Assembly (NCBI GenBank): GCA_028534125.1
Contig: CM052817.1
Span: 79,796,001-79,860,000, forward strand
Reading direction: 5' to 3'
DNA: 64,000 nucleotides
From: Lama glama
Taxonomy: Eukaryota
The position numbers and the translations under genes were made by a program. The notes beneath the pieces were generated by a model that worked only from the letters and a program-made list of their open reading frames with translations, did not search any database and was not told the DNA's origin. This document shows positions 37,490-50,129 of the stretch, in pieces. The number at the start of each line of letters is the position of its first letter. Within the stretch, counting starts at the first letter, position 1.

Positions 37490-40109
37490 GTGCAGACTAT
37501 CTAGGTGGTGTTACTGCTCTGAGCAGAGAAGACAGACTCCCTCCCACCTCAGCCCCCCTACACACACACACACACACCTGCCTCCCCGGTCCCTCCTCTC
37601 AACAGCTGTTTTTCATGTTCTGAGATGAGCTCCAAGGAAGGCACTTCTGTGCTCGGATGCTCCAGGGCTTTGTTCAATAATCAGCTTTGTGGTTTCAGGA
37701 GGCCCAAAAGTACTCAGGGCTTGCCACTCCGTGCACTTTGTTCAGGAAGCTTGAGAGACTTATTGTGGTTTCAGAAATGACACGCTTGAAGTTCTGGAGT
37801 TGGCACAAATTGCTCCTCCTGCTCCAACAAAGGTAGGAAGAGAGGCAGCCATGGGGGCTGGTGGCCCAAAAACCGAAGCTGTGGTTGTCTCCACAGACAA
37901 CTGCTCTTCAGCGAGCTTACAATTGCTCTACACCCCTTTCATGTGGGCAAAGAAAGAACTTTTTCAGACAGAAAGTCTCTATTCTCTTGAAGCGCTGGGG
38001 TAAGAGAGGAGGAAGTTGGGCAGCGAAAATCACGTTTTTGTTGAGCTCTGCCCGATCACACGGGTGGCTCCTTGCTGCTCGAGAAGCCTCTCTGGTGTGT
38101 GTGTGCCGGCTGAGGCTCAGACTGCAACCTGAGGCCCCCAGAGAAGTGTGCCTGAAGTCTGAGGCCCCTGTGCTCTGGATTACCTGGCTTAGCTTGGCTG
38201 TATAAGGACAGAGGCCAAGGACAATAAGACTCCAGGGCTAAATGGGCATTGCAAAGCCTTGTGAGAGAAGGCAAGTTGCGTAGAATTTCAGCCTCTCCCA
38301 TTGCGACAATGCCTGTATGCAAGCCACCCAATCACCGCCCCGAGGACAGACTGGCACGTTTGTTAAGGAGGGCACCAGGTCACAAATAGTTTGTTTTTAG
38401 TTATAACTTTAAGGGTACATATAGACACATAAATTTGACCGTCCAGCCAACAATGTCAAATTCTAGCCACTGTGTATTACGGCGCCTCAGTACCACTAGA
38501 ACTTTATTTCTTTGAGTCTTTTCGATCTCTCTTAGAATACAGACATTCTGGCGGGTATATCTGGTAAAAATGGGGAAGTGACAGGTATCTGAAGTGGGGA
38601 CAGGATGCTGGGAATGACAAAAGAGAATAAAAAGTCAAGACAGATTGTGCATATAGCTCGGCATGTTTGGAATAGGATCTGGAATCCATGGTCAGAAACA
38701 AAGTGGTCAATGGCGAAATCACAACCCAGGCAGCGTCTGTCTGGCTTGTGGCCCAGCCTCCTTCCCTGCCAGGCCCTCCTCCCCTCTGGCTGACTTGACC
38801 TCAGACTTCAAACTCGTTCTTACCCTCTTTGATCCAGCAAACGTGTCATATAGAGGCACTGAACCAAGGAAATGTGCGTCCACATCTTGATTCTTTGGGT
38901 AAGGCATTGTTTCTTCAGGTTAAATGGGGCTAGTGCCATCATGGTTTCCTGATGCTAAAAAATATTTTTTCTTGTATTTCTGAAATCTGGGAACATTTTT
39001 AAATGTATACATTTAACATGGAAATGTTTTTTTTCTTTAATCCCCAAAAGCTGTTACTAAATAAATGGTGTGTCTTTTAATCAGTGGCCCCTCAAAACTA
39101 AAAAAATATATAGTATTTTTTGTTCTTTCTCACAAGTTAATGTGAAGGATGAATGTGATCATTCTTTTGAAAACTTGTCAGTGTATGAAGGAAGACAGTA
39201 AAATTCCATGGATTTTTCCTAGAGGGCCTGCTATCTATTGAATGATGGTGCAGGTGACTCCCAATGACTTCCAGATAGGTTCCTGCACAACAGACTCATA
39301 AGGCCCTTTTCTTAAAAGCACAGTATTATAACATTGGGTTCTGTTATTAGAAAATGATTTCATATCTTTAAAATTCCATGATCATGAAAATAAAAGAGAA
39401 AAGAGGGAAAATGGAAATACATGTTTTTAGAAACATTGAAAGTAAACACAACATAAATTGTGTTATATACACTATATATGTATAAATTACATATATGAAA
39501 AGGAAGCATTACAAATGTTTCTTTAGGGATTTTTCTGCACGGTCTGGATTGACCAAGTCTTCTTGAAATATGGATACAATGAGATTTTGATAGAAAACAT
39601 CATTTCTTTTCCTAAATATCCCATAGAAAACAAGAGTTCTTGATTATTCCAGGACTTGTTAAGGTATAAGGCTCCCAGAAGATGGATTTTGAGCTTCCAT
39701 CAAGAAAGAGGAAGGTCTGGGGACAGGCCAGCCGTGTGGGACCTCTCAGTGATACCAGGTAGGTGGCTCCTGCTCTCCTTCCTGGTCTGTTTTTCTGCAA
39801 ATTATTACATAGGAGCTGTTCTCTTTAAAGTATTGGACTGGGGAATACCTGGTGTCAGGCCTACTGGCAGTCTGACTATGGTCAGCATTTCCAGATTCCA
39901 AGAATTTGATTTTACAAAGTTAGATAGTAAATTCTCAGTAGTCAGAATTGAAACTTAGAACCCCTGGCCCTGCATCCTGTGGGAATAAACGTATCTTTAT
40001 GGGATTAACAACTATGCATGTGGAGCAGGGATCCAACAAACTTTTATTGACCGACTACTGTGTGTGAGGCTCTATACTAGGCATCAGGTTTGCAAAGAGG
40101 AATACATGC

Positions 40110-40800
40110 TGTACAATAGTTACGAAAATGTGCTAAGGACATGGACTAGAAATTCACAGAAGAAAATTTCAAATGGTCAATAAACATATAAATGTGTATA
40201 ATTCATTAGCAGTTAAATATAGGTTAAAATGAGAAGTTTTTTTTTTTTGCTCTGACACTGACAAACATTAAAAACAATAGCTATACCCAGTGTTAGCATG
40301 TGGGTGACTTTTCTATACTTTTGATGAAATACTGCCTTTCTAGAGGAGTTTGATGATATCTGTGTATCAAAATAAAAATGCCATGTTCAACCTGGAAATT
40401 CCCATTTTAGGAATTTAAATAAAATACATAATAGGAAAGGGGCTCAAAGATGTACATACAGAGATTTTCCTTGAATTATTATTCATGATAATGATTCCAT
40501 ATAAATGTCACTTAACAGTATTGGTAAATAATTTATGGTGTATCCTTTCAGTGGAATGCCGTGCAGTTGATGATGTATACCTCTGTTAGTATAGCTATCC
40601 ACAGTACATCATCAAGCAAAAATAACAGAATGCTGCCCTTCATTCTGTTTCTGCTTTTTAAACAAAGTATACGTACTTATATACATAGAAATTAAGAAAG
40701 ACCTTCCAAGATGATTAACATTGACTGCTCTTTCGTTTTTTTGTATGTACTTCTATTTCTTTAATTGTTTTTTGCAATCAGCTGTAATTACTTGAGGAAA
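40110..40800 (+). mobile_element. Ancient L1 (L1ME-type) ORF2 end and 3' UTR
   Basis: gctaaggacatggactagaaattcacagaagaaaatttcaaatggtcaataaacatat...aattcccattttaggaattt. Confidence 0.75.
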
Positions 40801-41514
40801 AGTATTAAAATATAAATATCAAGCACTCTGTCCTCAAGGATATCACATTTTGTATAATGGGCATATTTTTCCAAGCTGGCATGTGAATTGTCTACTAATT
40901 CTAGAGTTTAAGGAATTGGCAGAGCCAAGAAAGCTATGAGTCCACCTCTCTTTTCAAAGCCCAAAGCCCGGTCCTAGGAAGAGGACAGGGGACCCAGACA
41001 AGTCCTGCCTCCCTGTCCTCCAGTGAGCCAGCCACTCCAGTCCTCTTCTCAGCATTTTTCTGCTTGTGATAAATTGTATCCAAGAGATGTCATCTCTCTT
41101 GAGCAGGGAAGGGACCACAGTTTATCAGCAGGTTCCTAAGTTCCAGGCATTTACTGGATACACACATTTCCTCCACTGATGAGGTGGGTATTATTAGACA
41201 AAGTAACTGGCCCCAGTATGGCAGAGACATAACTTAAATCCAGTCCTTTGGTTTCAAAACCCATGCATTTCCATGGGTTCCTTGTGTCTGCTTTTGTGCA
41301 TTTGTGTGTTCACCGAGATACAGATTCCTGCTTTAGTGTGAAATATTTCGTGCCCCCAGATTTGCACTTGGGTCTTCCTTGCAGAGGCCTACTGTGGGCA
41401 CATTTTTTCATGCCTTAGCCTTCTTTAACTAGCTAGAAACTTCACACTCATCCATCCATCCATCCTTATATACAGTATCTCCATTCATTCGTCCTTCCAT
41501 CTGGTATTTGTTAA

Positions 41515-41762
41515 GAGCAGCATAGTTTAGAGTTGAGAAGCATGGTCCATAAGAACCAAACCAGCCAGGTATGAATCATGGCTCCACAGCTTACCAGCTA
41601 TGAGGCCACAAACAGGTTACTTAAATACCTTGTGCCTCCGTTTCCTGTAAAATGGAGTGATGGCAGTACTTACCTCATAATGATGTGAATATCAAATGAA
41701 TTAATCAATGTGAAGTACTTAGAGCAGTGCCTGGAGTGTAATAAGTACGTCTCTATCATAGT
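41515..41762 (+). mobile_element. MIR SINE (followed by an L2 fragment to ~42050)
   Basis: tgtgcctccgtttcctgtaaaatggag...cttacctcataatgatgtgaatatcaaatgaattaat...gtacttagagcagtgcctgg. Confidence 0.8.
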
Positions 41763-43309
41763 TAATACCATGTGCCAGGCATGCTGAAATTTCAAAGTGG
41801 AGCAAAACAGGGTTTCTGCCTTCAAGGAGCTTATAGCCTAGAGGAAGAGACAGACACACACAAGACCATAAGCAGAAGAGGTTATCTAATCTGAACTGAA
41901 CCTGCTGATGGTGGGAAGAGCAGGGGCAAAGACCTGGGGGCAAGAGTTTGTTGTTAGCTTGGTTCAGAATGCCTGGGCTGCAGATTGCAGAGGGGTACAG
42001 GAGAGACAGAACTGGAGAGATGAGGTCAGCTTGTCTTTGGCAACTTTTATAAAAGTCCCCTAAATTTCATGGACTAAACCCACCACTTTGCTTGCATTTA
42101 AACCTTTCTCCCAGTAATTGCCCTTGATTAATAACAACACATCAGACCTAAAAGGTAAGGTTGGAGGTCATGGGTAAAAACTCTCATTATGCTTGCTGTT
42201 TCTGGGACATAGTGGCTGAGTGTTCCAGCTCTGCCTGTGTCTGGAAACTCCACCACATTTACAGTCTCAGGCTATAGAAGTGAGATCCAAAGTGTCCCCA
42301 GGTTTGGAGAAAACTGACTCTCCCAGCCACTGGGGTTTGGCAGGCTTTTTTTTTTTTTTTTTTTTTGGCTGCACAAGCTGCCTCCCAGCTTAGAGACTGG
42401 GGACATGAGGCACAACCCACAGCCCTGCCTTCAGTGGAAGTCACAGCGTGCCTAGGGGCAGATTTATTTTACAGTTCTTGTATTGTCCTTCTCAAAAATG
42501 TTCCAAGGATAGACCTTGAGTCCTGCAGCTCCTACTGACTAGGAGTTTTATGGCTGTCTTGGCTAGTCTCAAGAACTACTCTCCCTCTATTTCTTTGCCT
42601 TTGAAATATTAAAATGTTTCCTGATTAGTCCACTTTAATGCCTCATTCCTCACAAAAGTCATGTATTCTTGTTTTTCTCTTCAATCGGTGCATTCTGTAA
42701 GTTTTCTTTATGAAATTTGTGTCTTTGGACAAAAAGATTCTTACTCTATTTTGAGATTCCCTTTGACAGTAAAGGGAAGACGCTCACTGAACTGATAGCT
42801 ATTTTCCAGAGGAGGTTCAAACCCTGTTACCTATATTTATCTTCAAAAGGACTTTTGTAGGTCTGTCATAACACCCTCTGTCTTTCTCTGTTGACTTCTG
42901 CTCACTTTCTGTTTTTTGGTATAACATCCTCCATAGGGTATTTTTGGCAACAGAGCTTGCCTGAATTAGTCTCCTTTTCATTTCCGAGGCAAACAGGTGA
43001 TTCATCTTTAGTAGGGAGGACTTTCACAAACACAGGTGTACTGCTTTGTATCACTGGGGTTTGAGTTAGGGAGATGGATCAAGGAAAGTTGTTGCAACAG
43101 GTATTCAGCTTTCCCATTAGTCCTTCACGGTCGCTCCTGTCAACAGCGCCAGGAAGAATGTGAGTGCAGGTAAAGGTCTCCTTGGACTTCTTTTGACACC
43201 ACCCCTGCTGGGGAAGTGGGTGGGATGGGCGGAGGGAGAAAGGCTGGAAGCTGAAGCTGCAAATGCATTAAAGAGTGTCTCCTGATGTGCCATACTGGGA
43301 GGGCTCAGC

Positions 43310-44020
43310 ACTGCCTCTGTTGTATTCCTGCCAAATCATTTAATCTGAATCTAACAGTGAGAAAACAATTATGTATGTGCAAATTGTGAAATATTTTGCA
43401 ATGCAGTTGGCTTGGGCTCTTCAAAAAGAAGTTAATGTAATTTAAAAAACAAAACAAAAGATTGGGGAATTATTCTAGATTAGTTCTCCAAACATGGTCC
43501 CCAGGCCAGCAGCATCAGCATCCCCTAGCAGCTTATTGGACATGCATTTAGTCGTCAAGTTTCCTAAATCTCTTTTAATCTAGAACCATGGCTCTCCAAC
43601 TTTAGTACAGAGTCAGAATCACCTTGAGGGTTCTATAAACACAGATTTCCACCCACCCCCTACCCCTGTCCAAACACTCACACCCACGGAGAGTTCCTAG
43701 GGGTAAAGTCAGATGCTTCTGGCCCTTGGACCACATTTTGAGTAGCATGGTATTAAATAATAGTATTAGTTCAATGTTAAATTTCTAAGTGTGATCATCA
43801 TGTTTGTATAGGAAGAAGCCTTTGTTTTTGGAGAGTCTTGAACTATTTAGAGATGAAGTACCATGATATCTACAAGTAACTCAAATGATTCAGTAAAATA
43901 AATAAATGGCTAGATGGATAGATGAATGGATAGAGCAAACACTGCAAAATGTTAACCATCAGTGAACATAGATGAACAGCAAGCATAAAGAACAAAATAA
44001 ATTGTGAAGTAACATAAACA
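43310..44020 (+). mobile_element. L1MC/ME-type 3' UTR with MER5-like insertions at 43482-43750
   Basis: attcctgccaaatcatttaatctgaatctaac...aaaatgttaaccatcagtgaa; MER5 text cagcagcatcagcatc and agaatcacct...ggaccacattttgagtagc. Confidence 0.6.
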
Positions 44021-44545
44021 AACACTGGGGTAGAGGGGATTTCCTCTACCCTCTTAGGTTCATTACCTGGGGCTTTGCAAATTAGAATGACAAGAGACAG
44101 CTTAACAGAAGAAAAGGGATGCAAATTTTATTTGATGTTAACTTTGGGGGCCTTCCTGGAAAAGAAGTGAGGACATAAAGAAGTGAATATTCCTTAGAGC
44201 TTATATGCCATTTTTAAGAAAGGATGGTAAATTGTGGAGGTGTGACAAGACAAAGGAAAAGGGTTTGGGGCTTTCAAGTGTGGAAAACTATGAGAAGGTA
44301 AACATATGGGGGAAACTGACAGAAAGTAAGGGCTAGCTTAGCAAGGTCTGTTTGTGCAGGTTCATCTCAATACCAGCTTTCCGTCTTCATGGCCATAAAA
44401 CTTCCCTGGGATAGGGGATCTATGACAGTCCTTATTTCTCAGGAGTTTCTGCTGTTCGTCCAATAAGGGAAGATCTGGGATAGCTTCTTTCTACAGCCAT
44501 TGAATCTCGAATGTCTTCAACTCGAAATAATCTTTATGCCAAAGT

Positions 44546-45559
44546 GGAAAAAGGGTTCAGGACACACCACCTTAAAATATGACCCCTTGGCATGTTGAAT
44601 ATTTTAATATGAAAGAATTTGAGAAATGGCAGATCCAGGAAGGACTCTGACCTCCCCTGTCCCTGCTAAAGCAGGTTTTAAGACCCTCATGTGAGAGCTG
44701 CCCTCCCTATATCTGGAAGAAAGGAATATCCTTATCTCTGAAGACAGAGTTGCCAAGAGGAATCCAAACCAACAGGCCTTGCTAAGTTTCCCCCAGTTTG
44801 CTACCCTTAGTTCTTACTGAAGTAAAATGCAGTCTATAAGTTGAGTGTTATGTTTTATTCGGCAAACTTTCTGAGGACTTGAACCTGGGAGGTAGCCTCT
44901 CAGATCGCTCTAAGAGGCAGGGGAGCCAGAATATATAGGAGTTTTGCCACAAAGACCAGGTAGTCAGAACATCAAAAGATTACTGTTAAAGAAAATCAGA
45001 TATCTCAAGTTAAGGAATTTAGCACTTTTCTATGTATGGGAAGGTGCAAAACTCTAGGCTCATTGAAACCATTCCTTTGATATGCACCTCACTATCTAGG
45101 GCCAGTGTCCTGTTTGTTCCCATTCTGAAGGTTCCCATGCACCTTCAGGGTGCATAGTGTGGGTGGCAGCAGAAGTCCAGGCTGCCTGCTTGTCTGCATC
45201 CTTAGTTCCCACTCACTGTTGGGGGTGGCAGTAGCCGCTGATGACTTGATGGCCACAGCATTCTTTGTTTACTGATATGGCTGGCAATATTTTTCATTCA
45301 CATGCCTTTTGCCCTATCATATTTTCCCATGACTTTCCAGACATCATCACACCTAGTATAAACATGCTTAGGCTTAACCGCTTCTTTAGATCTTCATTTC
45401 CTTATGAAGGCTCCCATGTTGCATAAAACATATGTTACGTAAATATATGTAATATGCTTTTCTCTTGTTAAGCTGTCCTTTGTCAGACTAATTTACAGAG
45501 TCCTAGCCATTAAACCTAGGAAGGCAGAATGGAAAACATATTTTCTTTCCTCTCTTACA
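44546..45559 (+). mobile_element. ERV1-type LTR B (middle; interrupted by LTR C)
   Basis: Start gaaaaagggttcaggacacaccaccttaaaatatgaccccttggcat; end ttttctttcctctcttaca. Confidence 0.7.
44816..45302 (-). mobile_element. ERV1-type LTR C (inner)
   Basis: ttatgttttattcggc...ctgaggacttgaacctgggaggtagcctctcagatcgctct...ggcaatatttttcattcaca. Confidence 0.7.
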
Positions 45560-45905
45560 GCAGCCGATTTGAGGATGAGACAGTCTGATCTCCTTCAAGA
45601 CAGACAAAGTATTTACCTAGAGATTGCAGTTTTTATTGCCCCTATTAACAGTGTGGAGTGTGGAAAGAGCAGCCTTTGGGTGGATCTGATGTGCATCTCC
45701 AAGGCTGCTGGATGAGCAGAGTATAGTGCATGATTCCATAACTGGTCCTCATGATTTTAACCTGAAAAGCTGAGAGCTGGTCTCATAGGAATAGTGGTTT
45801 GTGCCATAGTGACCAAAGGGAGTGGTGACCTTGTTAAACTGACTTATTTCATTAATACTGTTTAAATCTTCAGTCAGTCAACCAACTTCATTTACCATTT
45901 CTATA

Positions 45906-46546
45906 TGTTACTGAAATAAACTTAGGTCTGCTTGCCTGTGTGCAGTAAAGCCAATCTACTGACATTGAGTTGTGATGAAGGAAAGTGTAATGTTTATTGC
46001 AGGCGCCAAGCAAGGAGTATAGGAAGCTAATGCTAAAAAACCCTGAGCTCCCTGATGGCTTTCAGGGAAAGGTGTTTAAAGACAGGGTGAGGGAGAGGGT
46101 TGCAGTGTGTGTAATCCGCTCATGGACATTCTTCTGATTGTTTGGGGTGAGGTAATCGGGAGTCAGCATCATCAACCTTCTGGTTCCAGCCAGTCTGGGA
46201 TCTACGTGCTTGAGGGCAGCATACAGTTAACTTCTTCCACCTGGTGGGCATTTCAGTATCTGCAAAACAGCCCAAAGGATATGGCTCAGAATATTATCTA
46301 TAGCTCTTGAGGAAGAACTAAAGGTCTTTGAATTTGTTTAATGGCTAAACTATTATTAGTTTGACTTGCTTGACTGTTTTCCTTTGTTTCTGCATTTTCT
46401 CACTTCTCTAATTAAATTTATTCTTTGAAACTCAGGGAAGGCCTAGGAGGCTAGTTTTTCTATAAACAGGAGGCAGGCGGGGGGTGGTAGGGAAGAGGAG
46501 GGGAGGTCTATCCTGCGAAGGCCCCATAGGGTCCTACTAGGTTACA
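45906..46546 (-). mobile_element. ERV1-type solo LTR
   Basis: TG...CA ends (tgttactgaa / ctaggttaca); flanks ctata and ttata; internal tttattg. Confidence 0.8.
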
Positions 46547-48164
46547 TTATATGGTGTCAGGAATATTTGACTCTAGCCTTCTGGATCCAACCAGTGACTA
46601 TACCCAGGGCCTAGAGCAGAAAATACTTTAATCTCTGGAAGGGGTGGTTCAAGGCACCTGGTGGATGTGAGGAAGGAATGTAGAATCTGGTTTGGGCAAT
46701 GCCACCCTAGAGATCTGCAGCCTGGGCAGGACATTTAGACCCTTTGGCCCTCTGTTTTCTTGTCTGTAGCCTGACTACTGGACCAGAGTAGGGGTTTTCA
46801 AATTGTGCTCCGTGGAACTTTCTGAGATTCCCTGAATAGACTCTAGGCTACTTAAAGGAGTGAGGGACTCCTTTCAGATAGCTCTGGGCTCAGGTTCCTC
46901 CCTGCTCCAGCCACACACACGTGAACTATCCACCCTGCACAGCAAACAACAGAGTTCTATTGGGTGTTGTCGGATCTCCAATGGAGGGTGGGTCACTGAC
47001 AGGGAAAATGGGATGATGGGATGAGGACAGAAAACAAAAGAAGGCAGAATCCTCCTCCAGGACCAGGAAACACACAAGAAAACCTCATTCTTGTCAACAT
47101 TTGTTGAGTGCCTTCTCAGCAGGAGGAAAGATTAGTTTATCGTTCAAGCCAGAGGTTCTACATAAGGACTGAGGAGAGGGTGAAGGCAGCACGGGGTCCA
47201 GCATGACCGCCCAAAGCTTCCTGGAGATGTTTCTCAGTCAGCTCCCAAAAGGGAGCTCTACAACCCAGATTCTGATTCTGAGACTTGTGTACATTCTGCC
47301 TTTACCCTCCATAGCAATAAGAGGCCTCTTTTCATGTTGCCATTGTCAATGCCCCATGGAGCTCTGGGCTCCAGCAGGAAATGCCAGGTACCCCCTTGCA
47401 TCCAGCAATATTTGCCATAAATTTTGACTGTAGAAAAACAAGTCACCTTTGTGGGGTCATTTTACCCTTGTTTTCATTTAGGTATAGTTCTAGGCAAACA
47501 ACTGTGCCAGCAAGCTAGAATGTTTATACTGACCATCACTCAGTTCTCGCGTGTCCAGATGCTTTCTTCTCAGCACTTCCTGCCGTGGTGGACTGTCCTA
47601 CCAGCCAGGTGCAAGTCTGCAGCCTGCTTCCCCATCACAGCACATAATGGCATTGCTAGCTAACATTTCAGCATCTGCCCCAGCCAAACACACGCATGCA
47701 CGGTTACTGGCTAATTACTAGTTACCAAGGCATGAATCTTAGACTGTTCCTTTGAAAAGTGAAAATAGACGTCAGATTCCCTGTTGTTTCAGGTTTACTT
47801 CAGCAGTTCTAGTTTGCTGCTCCAAGGCATAGGAAATAAACCCTTAACACATTTGACCCACAGTCTCAAATGCTGCAGCAGGCAACAGCTTAGTATTAGT
47901 TTTCTTTAAAAAAACACAGAAACAGACCTCATATTAAAGATTTCTTCTGGATTTGCGTTTACTCCCACTCCTCCCACTGTTACACTTGCTTCTGGTTACA
48001 CTAACCAGCTCATAGTCTAGCATAAGTCACTGAGCCTTCCCAAGCCCTCGTTTCTCCGTTTATAGGAATATATGGAAGGTTGTAGCCTCCTGAATGGCCA
48101 TGCTGTCTATGGCCGGATTCCGTGCCGTGGCTTCTGCCTACAAGCTCATAACTACCCTCTAGGC

Positions 48165-48355
48165 CTACTAGAGGGCGATTTTGCCCCACCAGGAGATACA
48201 CGGCAATGTCTGGAGACATTCTGGGTTGTCACAACTTAGGGTTAAGGACCAGTTGGCATCTAAGTGGTAGAGGCCAGATATACTGCTAAATCTCCTATAA
48301 TGCACAAGATAAGTCCGCACAACGTGTCAGTAGCGCCAGCTTGAAAAACTCTTCT
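48165..48355. mobile_element. MER20 (hAT-Charlie)
   Basis: gggcgattttgcccc...ggcaatgtctggagacatt...gttgtcacaac...ggcatctaagtggtagaggccag. Confidence 0.85.
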
Positions 48356-48619
48356 AGATCTAGTAATTCCTACAGGTCATTAGCCTGCAGTTTAAATGTC
48401 ACTTCCCCCAGGACACCTTGTCTAATGCCTATGTGATAGCTGAACATAAAGCTATCAGAACAGTTGTCACTACATGCTAGATGTTATAGTTGTTCTTTAC
48501 CCATTTTTCTCTTTAGGAGATAAGGAAATGGTTCTTGTTTGGTGTTTTATGTGTCTCTTCAGACACATAAACTAGCACATAACGTAGAACAAGGGAATGG
48601 GTAGATGTATTGATGTGCG

Positions 48620-49077
48620 GTTGATCAGTTTGCTAGAGATGCCATAGCAAAGTACCACAGACTGGGTGACTTAAACAACAGAAATTTATTTTCTCAAGTT
48701 CTGGAGGCTGAAAGTCCAAGATCAAGGTGTCAGCAGGTTTGGTGTCTTCTGAGGTCTTTCTCCTTGGCTTGTAGATCACTGAACTCTTCTTGTAAGAACA
48801 CTAGGGTGGGTGGGTACAGCTCAGTGGTAGAGTACATACTTAGCATACACAAGGTCCTGGGTTCAATCCCCAGTACCTCCATAAAAAAACAAAAACAAGA
48901 AAACAAAAAACAGTCAGATTGGATTAAGGCCCACCCCACTCTTAAATTTATCACCTACTTTAACTTAATTACCTCTTTGAAGGCTCTGTCTTCAAATACA
49001 GTCACACCCTGAGATACTAGGGGGTTAGGGCTTCAGTGTATGAATTTGGCAGGGGGGACACAGTTTAGTCCATAACA
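48620..49077 (-). mobile_element. MLT1A/C-type MaLR LTR, interrupted by a SINE
   Basis: gccatagcaaagtaccacagactgggtgacttaaacaacagaaatttatt...ggggggacacagtttagtccataaca. Confidence 0.88.
48804..48910 (+). mobile_element. tRNA-derived SINE (camelid Vic-1-like)
   Basis: gggtacagctcagtggtagagtacatacttagcatacacaaggtcctgggttcaatccccagtacctcc with Pol III A and B boxes, then an A-rich tail. Confidence 0.85.
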
Positions 49078-49304
49078 GATGGATTTTATTATCTCTAACA
49101 TTCTGAAGTGCAAGTCCAGAGGAATATGTTTCAGTTGATGAACAATTCTCCTCATCCCTTCCCAGTTCTGGCTTCTGTTTAACGATCTTTCCACCTTCTA
49201 CCTCCAAGTCACTGAGGGCTGTGAGGTCAGAAATGAGAATCACCTGATGTATCCTTGGCACTAACAACCTTACACGGGTGACCAAAGCAGCTCTCCGTGC
49301 ATCC

Positions 49305-49490
49305 TTGGCTCCTGCCTCCACCACTAGCAAGCTGAATGGTCTTGGACAATCTCAGTTTCTGCTCTGAAAAATGGGACCATGATTATATTACTCTCTTAGG
49401 GCTGGTGCCAGGATTTATCAAGAAAATGCATAAAATGTGCCTAACATAGTGCTTGGCACAAAGTAAATATTCAATAAATATTAGCTTTAT
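49305..49490 (+). mobile_element. MIR SINE
   Basis: ctcagtttctgctctgaaaaatggg...aacatagtgcttggcacaaagtaaatattcaataaatattagct. Confidence 0.75.
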
Positions 49491-50129
49491 TTCACCATTG
49501 CTTTTTTTTTTGTAAATTAGACTCTTTTTTTTTACATTATATTCATTTTCTTTCGCCTTAGTTAAAAACTTTGAACTTTGCAAGGCAAAACATATTTTGC
49601 TCTCCCTTTCACGTTAGTTGACATTATAGCTAAATAGAGAAACCCATTTGTCATCCAGTTTTTACTCACAACTGCCCTGGTACCCTGTGTGCCACCAGCT
49701 CCCTTAAGCTAATAACAGGCTAATTGGAAAACAGGAGGAATGGAGTCCTACAGGACTCACATTTCGTCTGTCAACCTAATGATCTCCCTCTCACCCATCC
49801 TAGCACCCACTCCCACATTAAACGTATAGATTCTACTTCCTTAATCTCTTAAGAATTTCTCTTTCCCCATAGGTGTCTCTTTCTGCCTTGGCTGGGACCT
49901 CACCACTTCTTGTGTGGTACCTCTTTAGAGCATGACTTTCCTGGCCCTGGATGAGATCCCTTCACACCCAGTCTCTCCTCTGCTCTTGGTTTGTTTTTGC
50001 CAACATAAAATGCCTCATTGGCTTTCTCCAGCTTTCAGGATGAACTTCAAATTTCTTAATCCATGAGGCCCTTTCCAATTTGTCCCTACTTCCCTCTTTA
50101 GGCTCCTCTTCCAAAACCCTCCTGCTAAA

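Larger units (their letters stand above)
44027..45598 (-). mobile_element. ERV1-type LTR A (outer; 44027-44547 plus 45560-45598)
   Basis: Reads ...ataatctttatgccaaagtgg, is interrupted, and resumes as cagccgatttgaggatgagacagtctgatctccttca. Confidence 0.65.

Noticed and set aside
48804..48880. tRNA gene
   Set aside because: It has an A-rich tail, a degenerate acceptor stem and sits inside a MaLR LTR, so it is a SINE rather than a tRNA.
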